From assembly GCA_965648915.1 (NCBI GenBank), contig CBFGIV010000008.1, forward strand, positions 1 through 64,000: a stretch of DNA of 64,000 bases, given 5' to 3'. A program made the translations under genes and the position numbers. The notes under the pieces were generated by a model, which saw nothing but the letters and a program-made list of their open reading frames with translations, was not told where the DNA came from and did no database searches. This document shows, piece after piece, positions 20,278-28,806 of this stretch (within the stretch, counting starts at the first letter, position 1; every line of letters starts with the position of its first letter). The DNA comes from a candidate division WOR-3 bacterium. Lineage in GTDB: Bacteria > Hydrothermota > Tepidihabitantia > SM23-42 > CAYGYG01.

Positions 20278-21061
20278 CCTCCCTGCCGCCCCATTTCATC
20301 TTCTTCCTCAGGGTATCGATGAATGAATAAGAATGGGCTTTGACCAGATAGGCGTGGTGTTTTGATCTTTTGAAAATGACTTTCTCCCCGTACTGGAGAA
20401 GGCGATGGACCTGCCCATCCGCAACCAGGATGCCCTTGTTCTTTTTACCAATCTCAACCTCAAACCAGTCATCACTACTGAGGACCAGTGGTCGGACCGA
20501 TAGGGTATGGGGGCAGATCGGCGAGATGATTATTGCATTCAGGGTTGGTTTCAGGATCGGCCCGGATGCGGCAAGGGAATAGGCGGTTGAGCCGGTCGGT
20601 GTGGCGATGATGATTCCGTCCGATATAAATCGGCAGAGGTATTCACCACTGATTGAAGTCAAAAGTTCGATCGCCCGGCCCGGCACACTGGTAGTCACAA
20701 CGAAGTCGTTCAGGGCATAAAGGGTCTGTCGGTTGATCCTGCACTCGAGGACCATACGCTCCTCAATCTTATATCTACCCTTTTTAAGATTCTTTACTAC
20801 CCGATCGAGTCTATTGATGCCGATGTCAGTTAGAAACCCCAGTCCACCGGTATTGATGCCGAGGACCGGTGTCTTTTTCTTTAAAGAGGCGCGGACGGCT
20901 TTTAATAGAGAACCGTCACCACCACAGGTCAGAATTATATCTTCATTCTGTCTGACGATCTGAATCTTATTATCTTTCAAGGAGCGGGTAACCTGATCAA
21001 GATATTTCCGGGCGTGGGGCTTTTCCCGGTTGATATAGATTCTAACCTTCATCTCTTTCAA
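20270..21061 (-). CDS. nadK: NAD+ kinase
   Basis: GGDGS.L and NxGxLGFL motifs. Confidence 0.85.
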   Translation of the reverse strand: MKEMKVRIYINREKPHARKYLDQVTRSLKDNKIQIVRQNEDIILTCGGDGSLLKAVRASLKKKTPVLGINTGGLGFLTDIGINRLDRVVKNLKKGRYKIEERMVLECRINRQTLYALNDFVVTTSVPGRAIELLTSISGEYLCRFISDGIIIATPTGSTAYSLAASGPILKPTLNAIIISPICPHTLSVRPLVLSSDDWFEVEIGKKNKGILVADGQVHRLLQYGEKVIFKRSKHHAYLVKAHSYSFIDTLRKKMKWGGREDA

Positions 21062-21881
21062 TTATGAGATAACGATAAATATTACTGAGATCCTTTTCAA
21101 AGTAATAGTTTTTATATATCCCCTGATTGCGTAAAAAAGTTTCGAGCTCATTTATGACCGATTCGTCGATCTCGAGAGCAATCATATACGAGGGTTTGAG
21201 AAACCGGGGAGCAATCTGCAATATTCGCCTTATAACAGTCAATCCATCCCATCCACCATCAAGAGCCATCCAGGGTTCAAAATATCTCACCGATTCTGGC
21301 AGTCGGGTAAGATTTCGGGTTTTTATATAAGGTGGATTGGAGACGATAAGATCAGCCCTGAGCAATGGATCGAGTTGAGCAAAAAGATTACTCTTCTTGA
21401 TTATTATCCTCTCTTCCAGATCGAATTTCTTGATATTCTTCTGGCAGATCGACAGTGCCCGTTCCGAAATATCCACGGCATAGATTAGAGAATCGGGGAA
21501 ATAATGGGCAAGGGCAATGGCGATGCAACCACTGCCCGTGCCGATATCAAAGATGGTCTCGGGACTCTTTTTAAGTGTCTCTTTAATTAAGAGGACAAGC
21601 CCTTCAGTTTCGGCACGCGGGATAAAGACCCCTTCTTCAATATCCAGGTTCCAGTTGAGAAATTGAACTTCCTTGAGGAGATACTGGATAGGGATGTTTT
21701 TCTTTAAAAGTTTAACCAGGGTCAGGACTTTATGATATTCATCATCTCTTAATTCTAATTTATCAAGATACAGGGCGTGCCGTTCTCTCCTTAAAAATGA
21801 CGATAACAGTATCTCGGCCTCTTCAAGTGAAAGGTTATGAATTCTGGTAAGTTTCCTGATGATGTCGATTGTTTTGAACAC
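21042..21881 (-). CDS. prmC: release-factor glutamine N5-methyltransferase PrmC/HemK
   Basis: NPPY motif (VSNPPYI), SAM-binding DIGTGSG. GTG start immediately downstream of TATAAT (TTGCAT-16-TATAAT). Confidence 0.8.
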   Translation of the reverse strand: MFKTIDIIRKLTRIHNLSLEEAEILLSSFLRRERHALYLDKLELRDDEYHKVLTLVKLLKKNIPIQYLLKEVQFLNWNLDIEEGVFIPRAETEGLVLLIKETLKKSPETIFDIGTGSGCIAIALAHYFPDSLIYAVDISERALSICQKNIKKFDLEERIIIKKSNLFAQLDPLLRADLIVSNPPYIKTRNLTRLPESVRYFEPWMALDGGWDGLTVIRRILQIAPRFLKPSYMIALEIDESVINELETFLRNQGIYKNYYFEKDLSNIYRYLIIERDEG

Positions 21882-21921
21882 AGAGAATTATATCACCTTT
21901 TTTGAAAAATGCAAGGGATAT

Positions 21922-21950
21922 TTGATAGCCGCACCGGATTTGCTTATAAT
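21922..21950 (+). promoter_or_regulatory. perfect-consensus sigma70 promoter TTGATA-17-TATAAT with no plus-strand gene behind it
   Basis: -35 at 21922-21927, 17-nt spacer, -10 at 21945-21950, in the 164-nt spacer between two minus-strand genes. Confidence 0.45.
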
Positions 21951-21966
21951 GAGTCTCTACCAGCAT

Positions 21967-21992
21967 GCAGGCCGTCCCGACCTGCTTTTTTT
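21967..21992 (+). terminator. intrinsic terminator-like hairpin GCAGG(N9)CCTGC followed by T7, about 15 nt after the promoter above
   Basis: Stem 21967-21971/21981-21985, U-run 21986-21992. Confidence 0.45.
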
Positions 21993-22000
21993 CACAAGCT

Positions 22001-22044
22001 CTGGAGGCGTCTCGCCTCCAGATTAGTACGGGGCGGGACGCCCC
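22001..22044. repeat. two GC-rich perfect hairpins (CTGGAGGCG-tctc-CGCCTCCAG; GGGGCG-gga-CGCCCC)
   Basis: 9-bp and 6-bp perfect stems, neither followed by a U-run on either strand; REP-like or RNA structural elements. Confidence 0.4.
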
Positions 22045-22045
22045 T

Positions 22046-22411
22046 TCACATCGACGGAATAAAGTCGTTCCAGCCTTCTGCTCCGTCGGTCCGGACAACC
22101 CTTACCCGGTATTCGACACCATCGGTCAGGACTGATTCAACATTGGCAATTCTTGTTAGACCTGTTTTCACTTCACCTTGAAAATAGGGCGAGGTGATAT
22201 TATTTTTGCTACCGCTTGTAACACCCCAGACAATTCGGTTTAAGTTGCTGGTTCGCGCGACGGTTAGAGAGCAGACCCCACCATCCCAGTAATAAGCAGG
22301 GGTTGTGCCGGCGCCGACATCGACATCGATCTCGCCTCCGGGCTGATTCTGAGGATTGCAGGCGATTATAATCAGGAGAAGGACGGTAAGGACTATTGCT
22401 TTTCTGATCAT
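22046..22411 (-). CDS. hypothetical lipoprotein (lipobox IIAC)
   Basis: Signal peptide plus Cys; ATGA overlap with the upstream T9SS cargo gene. Confidence 0.5.
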   Translation of the reverse strand: MIRKAIVLTVLLLIIIACNPQNQPGGEIDVDVGAGTTPAYYWDGGVCSLTVARTSNLNRIVWGVTSGSKNNITSPYFQGEVKTGLTRIANVESVLTDGVEYRVRVVRTDGAEGWNDFIPSM

Positions 22412-24045
22412 CGGACAAGCAGTATCTTACCCATCTTTTTCTTTTTTTCAAGCGCTATCTGATAGAAATATATACCCGCAGGAAGTTTCTGTTGTTTAGC
22501 GTCGGTTAGATCCCATTCATAAGAATCCTGACCGCTTAATCTTATCTCCCGGACCTTTCTTCCCTGAGCATCATAGAATACGAGTGAGCCCGGGCAACGA
22601 GGTAGTATAATTTTTAACTTTGACCTCACGGGATTGGGGAGAGGCTGATCGATTCGGGTTTTTTGATCTTCAGTTATGGTTGCAAGGGTATCACGGTGAA
22701 AGATCCGCATAATCAAATCCTGATTTGTAATCTGAATCCAACTTGCGCCACCATTTGACGAGAGATAAGACCGGCGGTCGATCGGTAGATTGGTATCGGC
22801 ACCGACTGCTGGACCGATCAGGCCAGAATAATAATGGGCAGTCAACCAGATGTCTCCAGGTGTGCTGACGGTAACCGCCGGGAATGTGATGTCGATCCAG
22901 CCCGGTGCGGTTGAAGATGATAGGTCATTTCTCTGGACAAAAGGGCGGTTGAGGTCAGGGCGCCCGGCTGAATCCGGACAGATCTTCACATCGCGCAAAC
23001 GGGTCATTGAATTGACAAATATTCTGAACCTCGTAAGATAATAGGGAGGGGCATAGAAGGGTGTAAACCTTGTTGCCAGATAGTCATCCGGTCCATTGGG
23101 TGAATTGACCACGATCCAGGCCTCAGGCCCGAAATCATCATAGGCGATTTCACCAAGGCCGTAAGAGTTGGTATAAGCACGGATGGTATCGTTTGATCGA
23201 TCATTGTCATTGGTGAGATCGGTTATTACCGTGATTGTAAACCGCTCATCATAATCTTTCGGCATCCAGTCGGGGGTAAAAGTGATTTGAATATCGGTAT
23301 TGATTCCGTGATTTGTCACAAGGAAGGTATCAGCATAGACAAGGAGGTTATCACGCCGTCGGATATAACAGTAGACCGGATAGGAGACCGTGTACATCCC
23401 CTGATTTCTGATCTTTGCCCTGACCGTATATGGTGTATCGACCCGGACTCCGGTTCGGGGATTCTCAACCGATACCGGACAGACATCATAACTTGCTTTG
23501 CTGGCTAATATCCTGATCATTAAATCCATATTGGTCAATGGGTTCCAGCCAAAATCTTCAGAGTACCAGAAAGAGCAGTTGTTGATAGGAAAACTCTGGT
23601 CACCACCGATTGCCGGGCCAGAACTGCTGTTCGGCCAGCAGAAGACAAGCCAGGTATACTGAGTTGTTATCCGGCAGAGATTGGAGTCAAAATTGATTAT
23701 GGTCCAGTTTGGTTCAGTCAGTGTGTTGATATTATTTATCCGTTGATAGATTCCCGCCGGAGTTGTATCTGGCTCTGAATAACTCCCCCGGCAGAGGAGG
23801 GCATAACTGATTGTCCTTGAGGCATTAAACAGAAGCCGCGCCCTCAGGACTCGACTAGGCGGGGTGAGATATGGTGATGAGAAGCGGACCGCTGCTTTAT
23901 CATTTAAGTCAAAGCCGACGGTAAACCACTGCTCAGGACGGCCATCATCATAAAGGATCTCTGAGGTGTCGAATGGCTGGGGATAAGTATCTATTGAGAA
24001 GAGAATATTTATACTTAATGCAAAAATCAGAGATGCGACCCTCAT
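22408..24045 (-). CDS. T9SS-secreted protein: two copies of an unassigned ~150-aa domain flanking a CARDB-like domain, C-terminal T9SS sorting domain
   Basis: The internal duplication is visible (ILYDDGRPEQWF/IAYDDFGPEAWI; GPAIGGDQSFPIN/GPAVGADTNLPID; NMDLMIRIL/NQDLIMRIF). The middle segment ends ...ITVITDLTNDNDRSND, which is CARDB-like. The C-terminus LVFYDAQGRKV...GIYFYQI is a T9SS CTD. Confidence 0.65.
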   Translation of the reverse strand: MRVASLIFALSINILFSIDTYPQPFDTSEILYDDGRPEQWFTVGFDLNDKAAVRFSSPYLTPPSRVLRARLLFNASRTISYALLCRGSYSEPDTTPAGIYQRINNINTLTEPNWTIINFDSNLCRITTQYTWLVFCWPNSSSGPAIGGDQSFPINNCSFWYSEDFGWNPLTNMDLMIRILASKASYDVCPVSVENPRTGVRVDTPYTVRAKIRNQGMYTVSYPVYCYIRRRDNLLVYADTFLVTNHGINTDIQITFTPDWMPKDYDERFTITVITDLTNDNDRSNDTIRAYTNSYGLGEIAYDDFGPEAWIVVNSPNGPDDYLATRFTPFYAPPYYLTRFRIFVNSMTRLRDVKICPDSAGRPDLNRPFVQRNDLSSSTAPGWIDITFPAVTVSTPGDIWLTAHYYSGLIGPAVGADTNLPIDRRSYLSSNGGASWIQITNQDLIMRIFHRDTLATITEDQKTRIDQPLPNPVRSKLKIILPRCPGSLVFYDAQGRKVREIRLSGQDSYEWDLTDAKQQKLPAGIYFYQIALEKKKKMGKILLVR

Positions 24046-24075
24046 CTATCCCTCCTTATTTTTCAATCTCTTAAA

Positions 24076-24681
24076 TCAATATCCCCAGATCTCGTGCAGA
24101 TAGACCGATCTACGGCAGGTGGGGCAGAGATACCTCATCTGGTCAGAGCGATACGGACCGATCGCTCCTCTTTGCGGGATATCTTCAGTCTTTAAATCAT
24201 CAGCGAGAACGAGTGAGAGGTTTGGATTGCTGTAAGCGAGTTCGCCGACGCGATGGGCAATCCAGCGCAGATGGTCCCGGGTTGTTATTACCCCACCGCA
24301 GATTTCGCAGAGGATAAGTTCTTTCTCAATAAAATTTTCATATCCCTCACGGGTGGTCTGGGAAAGGTCATATTCCTGGGTATGCCTTATCCCTTCTTTG
24401 GTTGTGCAATAGGCAACGCACTGACCGCAATAGATACACTTATCCTGATAATGAATATTTCTTCTGATTCTCTTTACCTTGTCATCGACCATCTTGCGGG
24501 CATTGGCCGGACAGACCTCAACACAGGCACCGCACATAATACATTTATCAAAATTGAATTCGATCTTGCCCCGGAATTGAATAGCCGCGGGTGAAGGTTT
24601 TTTGGGAAATTTACTGGTAAATGGTCCGGTAAAGATTGCCCGGATTGCTTCAGTCAGTTCACGCAGTTTGGGCCTTTTCAT
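24076..24681 (-). CDS. 4Fe-4S dicluster ferredoxin-domain protein (NuoI-like core) with C-terminal Cys4 extension
   Basis: CIMCGACVEVCP and CIYCGQCVAYC cluster motifs, plus CEIC...CPTC. Confidence 0.65.
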   Translation of the reverse strand: MKRPKLRELTEAIRAIFTGPFTSKFPKKPSPAAIQFRGKIEFNFDKCIMCGACVEVCPANARKMVDDKVKRIRRNIHYQDKCIYCGQCVAYCTTKEGIRHTQEYDLSQTTREGYENFIEKELILCEICGGVITTRDHLRWIAHRVGELAYSNPNLSLVLADDLKTEDIPQRGAIGPYRSDQMRYLCPTCRRSVYLHEIWGY

Positions 24682-24723
24682 TATGAATATTATATCCAGA
24701 AATTGTTAATTGTCAATATTTGC

Positions 24724-25608
24724 TTATCCCTCCTTGGCCGGAATATAAAAGTACTGAATCAGTTCGAGTCTGTAGCCTAAGGATTTAAAAATCCTTTTCA
24801 TCGGTCTGTTTGCTGGCACTGTTGAGCCGACAATTGTCTTTATCCCTCGCTCTTTCAGTTTCTGAACGGCAAAATATTGAAGTGCCTTGCCAAAACCCTT
24901 ATTCCTCATCTCCGGTATTACACCAACATAGAAGTTACTTCCTGATCGATTTTTGCGATCATGGCACTGGGGAAGGGTAAATCCGATTGGCCTTCGTTTG
25001 TAATAGGCAATAAACCAGTCTTCAGGTCGGTAGACACCAGTATTCCGGGCAAAGATTTTCAACTCAGCAAAATCATCTTCTGGACTGAGACGGTCAAGTT
25101 CACCCTCTGGAATATAGATCTTTTTATAAAGTTTTAAGAACTCTTCTTCGCCCACCTCCTTTAATGTCCGGAATCTAATTGAGGATAGTCTTTTCGGTCT
25201 CAGAATTCGCCTTATCTCTGAAAGTCGATAGAGTTCTTTTACCATCCCCAACTTAAAGCCGATCTCAGGTATAACCTTTTGAAGAAAGGATAGATTTGGA
25301 TTGTCGCTGTGAATTAAAATTATAATTTTATAATTACCTGATTTATCTGATAGTTTTAGTCCATAATTAATCAATCTCTTTAACACATATTTTGGTCTTA
25401 TTTTAGTTCTCAATATGGGATTGAAGAGAATTTTGTAGAGGGGTTTTTCGTAGAGAATTTCGAGGCAGGCGATAAACCTTCCGTAATCTTCGGCAACGAT
25501 ATATTTTTCAGGTTGAAAATCACTCTTGAGGGTAAATGGTTCGCCGGTCTCGCCTGTGCACCTGGACCACTTCTCATCTTCGCCCGGCTTCAGATTGCGA
25601 ATCTTCAT
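24724..25608 (-). CDS. GNAT family N-acetyltransferase with ~190-aa N-terminal extension (possibly a degenerate second GNAT fold)
   Basis: C-terminal acetyl-CoA binding motif RNKGFGKALQYFA...GIKTI. Confidence 0.6.
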   Translation of the reverse strand: MKIRNLKPGEDEKWSRCTGETGEPFTLKSDFQPEKYIVAEDYGRFIACLEILYEKPLYKILFNPILRTKIRPKYVLKRLINYGLKLSDKSGNYKIIILIHSDNPNLSFLQKVIPEIGFKLGMVKELYRLSEIRRILRPKRLSSIRFRTLKEVGEEEFLKLYKKIYIPEGELDRLSPEDDFAELKIFARNTGVYRPEDWFIAYYKRRPIGFTLPQCHDRKNRSGSNFYVGVIPEMRNKGFGKALQYFAVQKLKERGIKTIVGSTVPANRPMKRIFKSLGYRLELIQYFYIPAKEG

Positions 25609-25794
25609 AGTTAAATCTTATAGATTAATGATTTTTTGTCAAATTCTTTTTCCTTGACTTAAATCAAAATCTGGGTAAGATAGGAGAAAGGTATTATTCG
25701 GCTTAAATAAATTTCCCTGACTCAGTACCTATCAGGATGTCTTTATCAAATTTCTTTAACTAACGCTTTAGATGTAACTTAAGGAGGTCTTGTT

Positions 25795-27045
25795 ATGGGT
25801 AAGAGTCTGGCTGAGAAGATTCTGAGTGAGAAGTGTGGTGGTGATGCCAGGGCCGGGCATATTGTTCTTGCCAAAGTCGATGTTGCGGCATTTCAGGACG
25901 GGACTGGTCCGCTGGGTATAAAACAGATGAGAGAACTCGGCATTGAAACAGTCCGGGCAGAGAAGGGGATATTTTTTATCGACCACGCCGCACCCAGTCC
26001 CAGGCGGGAACTTTCTAATGACCATAAGACCATAAGGGAATTCTGCAAAAAGAGCAATGCCCACCTCTCGGATGTGGGTGATGGGGTGATTCATCAGAGA
26101 TTGGTTGAGTCATATGTAAAACCCGGTGATGTGGTGATCGGAGCCGATTCCCATACCGTGACCTCGGGGGCGCTCTGTGCCTTTGCCACGGGTATGGGGT
26201 CGACCGATGTTGGAGTCGGTATGGGACTGGGTAAGACCTGGTTCAAGGTCCCGGAGACATTTCGGATTGAGGTGACGGGCAGGTTTAATAAAGGGGTTGG
26301 TGCCAAGGATTTGATTCTCTACCTCATCGGAATGATCGGTGCTGATGGAGCAACTTATAAGGCACTCGAATTTGGCGGTCAAACAATAAAAGAGATGTCA
26401 ATGGCTTCCCGGTTTGTTCTTTCCAATATGGCAGTTGAAGCCGGGGCAAAGGTTGGCCTTGTTGCTTCGGACGATGTGACAAAAAATTACTTAAAGGAGA
26501 TGGGTCGGCACAAGGACTTCCGGCCGATCGAACCGGATAAGGATGCTAAATACGAGCGGGTGATCAATATCGATGTCCATGACCTGGTTCCCCAGGTTGC
26601 CTTCCCTCATACGGTCGATAATACCAAACCGATTAATGAAGCAAAGGGTATCAAGATCAGTCAGGTTTATATTGGCACCTGTACCAATGGGCGGCTCGAA
26701 GATCTGCGGATTGCCGCTAAAATTCTTGAGGGTGAGAAGAGACACCCGGATACCCGCCTTATTATCTGTCCTGCATCGAGAAAGGTCTATCTCGATGCCC
26801 TGCGCGAAGGTCTGCTCGAGATATTTGTTGAGGCGGGTGCCTCGATTATCAGTCCGGGTTGTGGACCGTGCGTTGGTGTGCACGAAGGGGTTCTCGGTGA
26901 TGGCGAGGCCTGCCTTTCCACTGCCAATCGTAATTTCAAGGGTCGAATGGGAAATCCTGAAGGCTTGATCTATCTCTGTTCACCGGCGACTGCTGCCTAT
27001 TCAGCCATTAAGGGCGAGATTTCTGATCCCCGAGAAGTGCTTTAG
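25795..27045 (+). CDS. leuC: aconitase-family dehydratase large subunit, archaeal-type LeuC/HacA-like (3-isopropylmalate or homoaconitate dehydratase)
   Basis: MGKSLAEKIL...AKVD.A..QDGTG N-terminus, Cys ligands CTNGR, GCGPC; 416 aa; AAGGAGG RBS. Confidence 0.75.
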   Translation: MGKSLAEKILSEKCGGDARAGHIVLAKVDVAAFQDGTGPLGIKQMRELGIETVRAEKGIFFIDHAAPSPRRELSNDHKTIREFCKKSNAHLSDVGDGVIHQRLVESYVKPGDVVIGADSHTVTSGALCAFATGMGSTDVGVGMGLGKTWFKVPETFRIEVTGRFNKGVGAKDLILYLIGMIGADGATYKALEFGGQTIKEMSMASRFVLSNMAVEAGAKVGLVASDDVTKNYLKEMGRHKDFRPIEPDKDAKYERVINIDVHDLVPQVAFPHTVDNTKPINEAKGIKISQVYIGTCTNGRLEDLRIAAKILEGEKRHPDTRLIICPASRKVYLDALREGLLEIFVEAGASIISPGCGPCVGVHEGVLGDGEACLSTANRNFKGRMGNPEGLIYLCSPATAAYSAIKGEISDPREVL

Positions 27046-27059
27046 AATATGGAGGCATT

Positions 27060-27560
27060 ATGAAACTGAAAGGAAAAGCCTGGAAATTTGGTGACGATAT
27101 CAGTACTGATCTGATCTGTCCGGGGCGTTATTTCCATCTTCGATCAAATCTACCGGAACTGGCCAAGCATGTCCTTGAGGATGCTGATCCCGGTTTTGCC
27201 CAGAAACTGCAAAAGGGCGATTTTGTTGTTGGTGGTAACAATTTTGGCCTGGGTTCAAGTCGAGAACATGCACCGACCATTATTAAGATTGCTGGTGTTG
27301 GTGCAGTTCTGGCCAAGTCATTTGCCCGGATCTTCTATCGCAATGCAATAAATGTTGGCCTACCCCTCCTCGAGTGCGATACGGATAAGATTGATGCGGG
27401 TGATGAACTGGAGATCGATCTTGAGTCCGGCGTTATCAAAAACCTGACCAAAAAGATTGAGCTCTCTTCTCCACCCCTTCCCCGGGTAATGATCAGAATT
27501 TTAAGTGATGGTGGTCTGGTGGACCACATTAAGAAGCACGGTGATTTTAAGGTCGATTAA
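27060..27560 (+). CDS. leuD: aconitase-family dehydratase small subunit (LeuD/HacB-like)
   Basis: GKAWKFGDDISTD...GGNNFGLGSSREHA swivel-domain signature. Confidence 0.75.
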   Translation: MKLKGKAWKFGDDISTDLICPGRYFHLRSNLPELAKHVLEDADPGFAQKLQKGDFVVGGNNFGLGSSREHAPTIIKIAGVGAVLAKSFARIFYRNAINVGLPLLECDTDKIDAGDELEIDLESGVIKNLTKKIELSSPPLPRVMIRILSDGGLVDHIKKHGDFKVD

Positions 27561-27574
27561 ATTAAGGAGGCTAA

Positions 27575-28768
27575 ATGGCGGATGCAAAACAAGCAAAAGA
27601 ACATTTTGGGAAATTGATTGAGATGCAGTTGCAGAGAATTGAAAAGATGAAGAAAGGGGAGGAGTGGATCGATTACTCCAAGGTAAAGCCAATCATCATC
27701 GGTGTTATTGGAGGTGATGGGATTGGTCCTTATATCACCGGTGAGGCACAGAGGGTTCTCGAGATTCTGCTGGCGAATGAGGTAAAACAGAATAAGGTGC
27801 AGTTTAAGGTGATCGAAGGCTTGACCATTGAGAATCGTGCCCGGGTAAATAAAGCAATCCCGGACGATGTCCTGGCTGAGATAAAGAAATGTCATGTCAC
27901 ACTCAAAGGGCCGACGACAACACCTAAAAAAGGCGATCCCTGGCCCAATATAGAGAGTGCCAATGTCGCCATCCGGAAAGAACTCGATCTCTTCGCCAAT
28001 GTCCGTCCGGTAAGAGTCCCGAAGGAGGGGATCGATTGGATCTTCTTCCGGGAGAATACTGAAGGAGCCTATGCTCTTGGCCCATACGGTATCGAGATCA
28101 ATGATGACCTTGCCATCGATTTTACCGCGGTTACCCTTCAGGGTTGTCAGCGGATTATAGAACTTGCATTTGATTACGCCAGACGGAATAAGATAAATCG
28201 GGTCACCGCCGTAACCAAGGCAAATGTTATCAAGACCACCGATGGTATGTTCCTCAAGGTCTTTTATGAAATTGCCAAGCGCTATCCGGAGATAAATGCA
28301 GATGACTGGTTTATTGATATTATGACCGCAAAACTGGTCGATACCAAGCGACGCACCGAGTTTAAAGTCCTGGTCCTGCCCAATCTTTATGGAGATATCC
28401 TGACCGATGAAGCAGCCGAATTCCAGGGAGGAGTTGGAACCGCGGGCAGTGCCAACATCGGCAAACGCTATGCAATGTTTGAGGCAATCCACGGCAGTGC
28501 ACCGCGGATGGTTACTGAAGGCCGGACCCAGTATGCCGATCCCTGCAGTGTGATCCGGGCGGGTGCTTTGATGTTGAACCATATCGGTTTTCCGGCGATC
28601 GGCAAGAGACTGGAGATGGCACTCGATATCTGTGGCCAGTATGAAAAGAAATTGGTAATGACCGGACGTTCAACCGGTGCGACTGGCCGACAATTCTGTG
28701 ATTATATTCTCGAGACCATCGGGGATCCGAAGTTAGAAGAGAGATGGAATCGTTATCAAGGTAAGTAA
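27575..28768 (+). CDS. icd: isocitrate dehydrogenase (NADP-type; isocitrate/isopropylmalate dehydrogenase family)
   Basis: KGPTTTP, ANVAIRKELDLFANVRPV, NLYGDILTDEAA and GGVGTAGSANIG follow the E. coli Icd signatures (KGPLTTP, LNVALRQELDLY, GGIGIAPGANIG) more closely than they follow LeuB. Confidence 0.7.
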   Translation: MADAKQAKEHFGKLIEMQLQRIEKMKKGEEWIDYSKVKPIIIGVIGGDGIGPYITGEAQRVLEILLANEVKQNKVQFKVIEGLTIENRARVNKAIPDDVLAEIKKCHVTLKGPTTTPKKGDPWPNIESANVAIRKELDLFANVRPVRVPKEGIDWIFFRENTEGAYALGPYGIEINDDLAIDFTAVTLQGCQRIIELAFDYARRNKINRVTAVTKANVIKTTDGMFLKVFYEIAKRYPEINADDWFIDIMTAKLVDTKRRTEFKVLVLPNLYGDILTDEAAEFQGGVGTAGSANIGKRYAMFEAIHGSAPRMVTEGRTQYADPCSVIRAGALMLNHIGFPAIGKRLEMALDICGQYEKKLVMTGRSTGATGRQFCDYILETIGDPKLEERWNRYQGK

Positions 28769-28806
28769 AGACTGAGCAAAAGCGTCTTAAACTTTCTTAA
28801 TCAATA

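Noticed and set aside
21909-22181. 90-aa plus-strand ORF beginning in the intergenic hairpin region
   Set aside because: It runs through the perfect hairpins and the terminator, and it overlaps the better-supported minus-strand lipoprotein gene. The translation is Arg/Ser/Pro-rich.
27557-28582. 341-aa minus-strand ORF entirely antisense to the isocitrate dehydrogenase gene
   Set aside because: Its translation is low-complexity with no recognisable motifs, and the plus-strand gene has strong, specific IDH signatures and an RBS. Long antisense ORFs are common opposite conserved genes at this GC content.
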